DNA of 63,949 bases, filler included, from Pirum gemmata (taxonomy: Eukaryota), in the NCBI GenBank assembly GCA_002812295.1. It is 19 parts of 19 records of this genome, joined end to end, with 100 filler letters (N's around TTAATTAATTAA, not from the genome) between each part and the next. Parts side by side here need not be neighbours in the genome. Positions count along the whole stretch, not along the records: positions 61,200 to 63,949 come from PDIN01003843.1; 18 more parts are not named here. One strand, written 5' to 3'. Each line of letters begins with the position of its first letter. Within the stretch, counting starts at the first letter, position 1. Position numbers and translations under genes: made by a program. Below, one piece after another: positions 63,427-63,949 of this stretch. The notes beneath the pieces were generated by a model. The model saw only the letters and a list, made by a program, of their open reading frames with translations. It ran no database searches and was not told the DNA's origin.

Positions 63427-63600
63427 TAACTAATAACTAATAACTAATAACTAATAACTAATAACTAATAACTAATAACTAATAACTAATAACTAATAAC
63501 TAATAATAACTAATAACTAATAACTAATAACTATAATATAGCTAATAACTAATAACTAATAACTAATTAATATTATAACTAATAACTATTAATAATAACT
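63427..63600. repeat. (TAACTAA)n heptamer microsatellite
   Basis: Direct reading. Confidence 0.9.
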
Positions 63601-63686
63601 AATAGTATTACTTCTTTTCAAGACTTTAACCCCCATATACTCCCCAATGGCAACGTTGGAGCCTTTGTTTCCCACATAAAGGTATA

Positions 63687-63868
63687 GTGCTTTTCATTTG
63701 TTCTGTCATTATAAAGTGTACAATAAATAGTACCAAATTAATATAATATAAATCCATTTAATTTAATTTGGTATATTTTATTATCTATTTATTAAATTTA
63801 AAAATGTCAATTTAAAGATTATAACCCTCCAAATAAATATTCGGAGTGAAAAAACAAATGAAATGCAC
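63687..63868. mobile_element. MITE family B copy
   Basis: TA-GTGCTTTTCATTTGTT...AACAAATGAAATGCAC. Confidence 0.82.
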
Positions 63869-63949
63869 GATATCATTATATATTTTATATAAAGCTTTTT
63901 TAAGCAAGGGTCATTCTTACTGGCCCGTGTCTAAGTTCGGACGGTAGAC

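Overview
This window is not one locus. It is 19 short (about 3-4.8 kb), unrelated scaffolds of a very AT-rich, microsatellite-rich, intron-containing eukaryote, joined by 18 artificial 100-bp linkers (N44-TTAATTAATTAA-N44). Gene content (RABL6, an EF-hand two-pore channel, STYX, ARL6IP4, an AA15-type LPMO, YxxP-tailed receptors, TTAGGG repeats) is compatible with a unicellular opisthokont, possibly a holozoan such as an ichthyosporean; this is inference only. Recognisable genes, mostly partial: GGTase-I beta, RABL6, TPC, ARL6IP4, LPMO, a thaumatin/GH64-like secreted protein, STYX, a ricin-B-like secreted protein, guanine deaminase, a DUF4246-like protein, a Pro/Cys-repeat secreted protein and two single-pass receptors. 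Mobile DNA: piggyBac and LINE-ORF1 relics and at least six MITE/foldback families. The most striking signal is pervasive interstitial (TTAGGG)n. One LPMO intron consists essentially entirely of telomeric repeats and is bounded by a 7-bp ACAG|GTA direct repeat. Another telomeric tract sits inside a MITE whose sister copy shows the empty site. In confidently modelled genes, intronic tracts read CCCTAAC (branch-point-like) on the sense strand. Together these suggest telomere-repeat insertion as a route to intron creation. Two receptors on different scaffolds also share an apparently undescribed juxtamembrane motif plus Tyr motifs.
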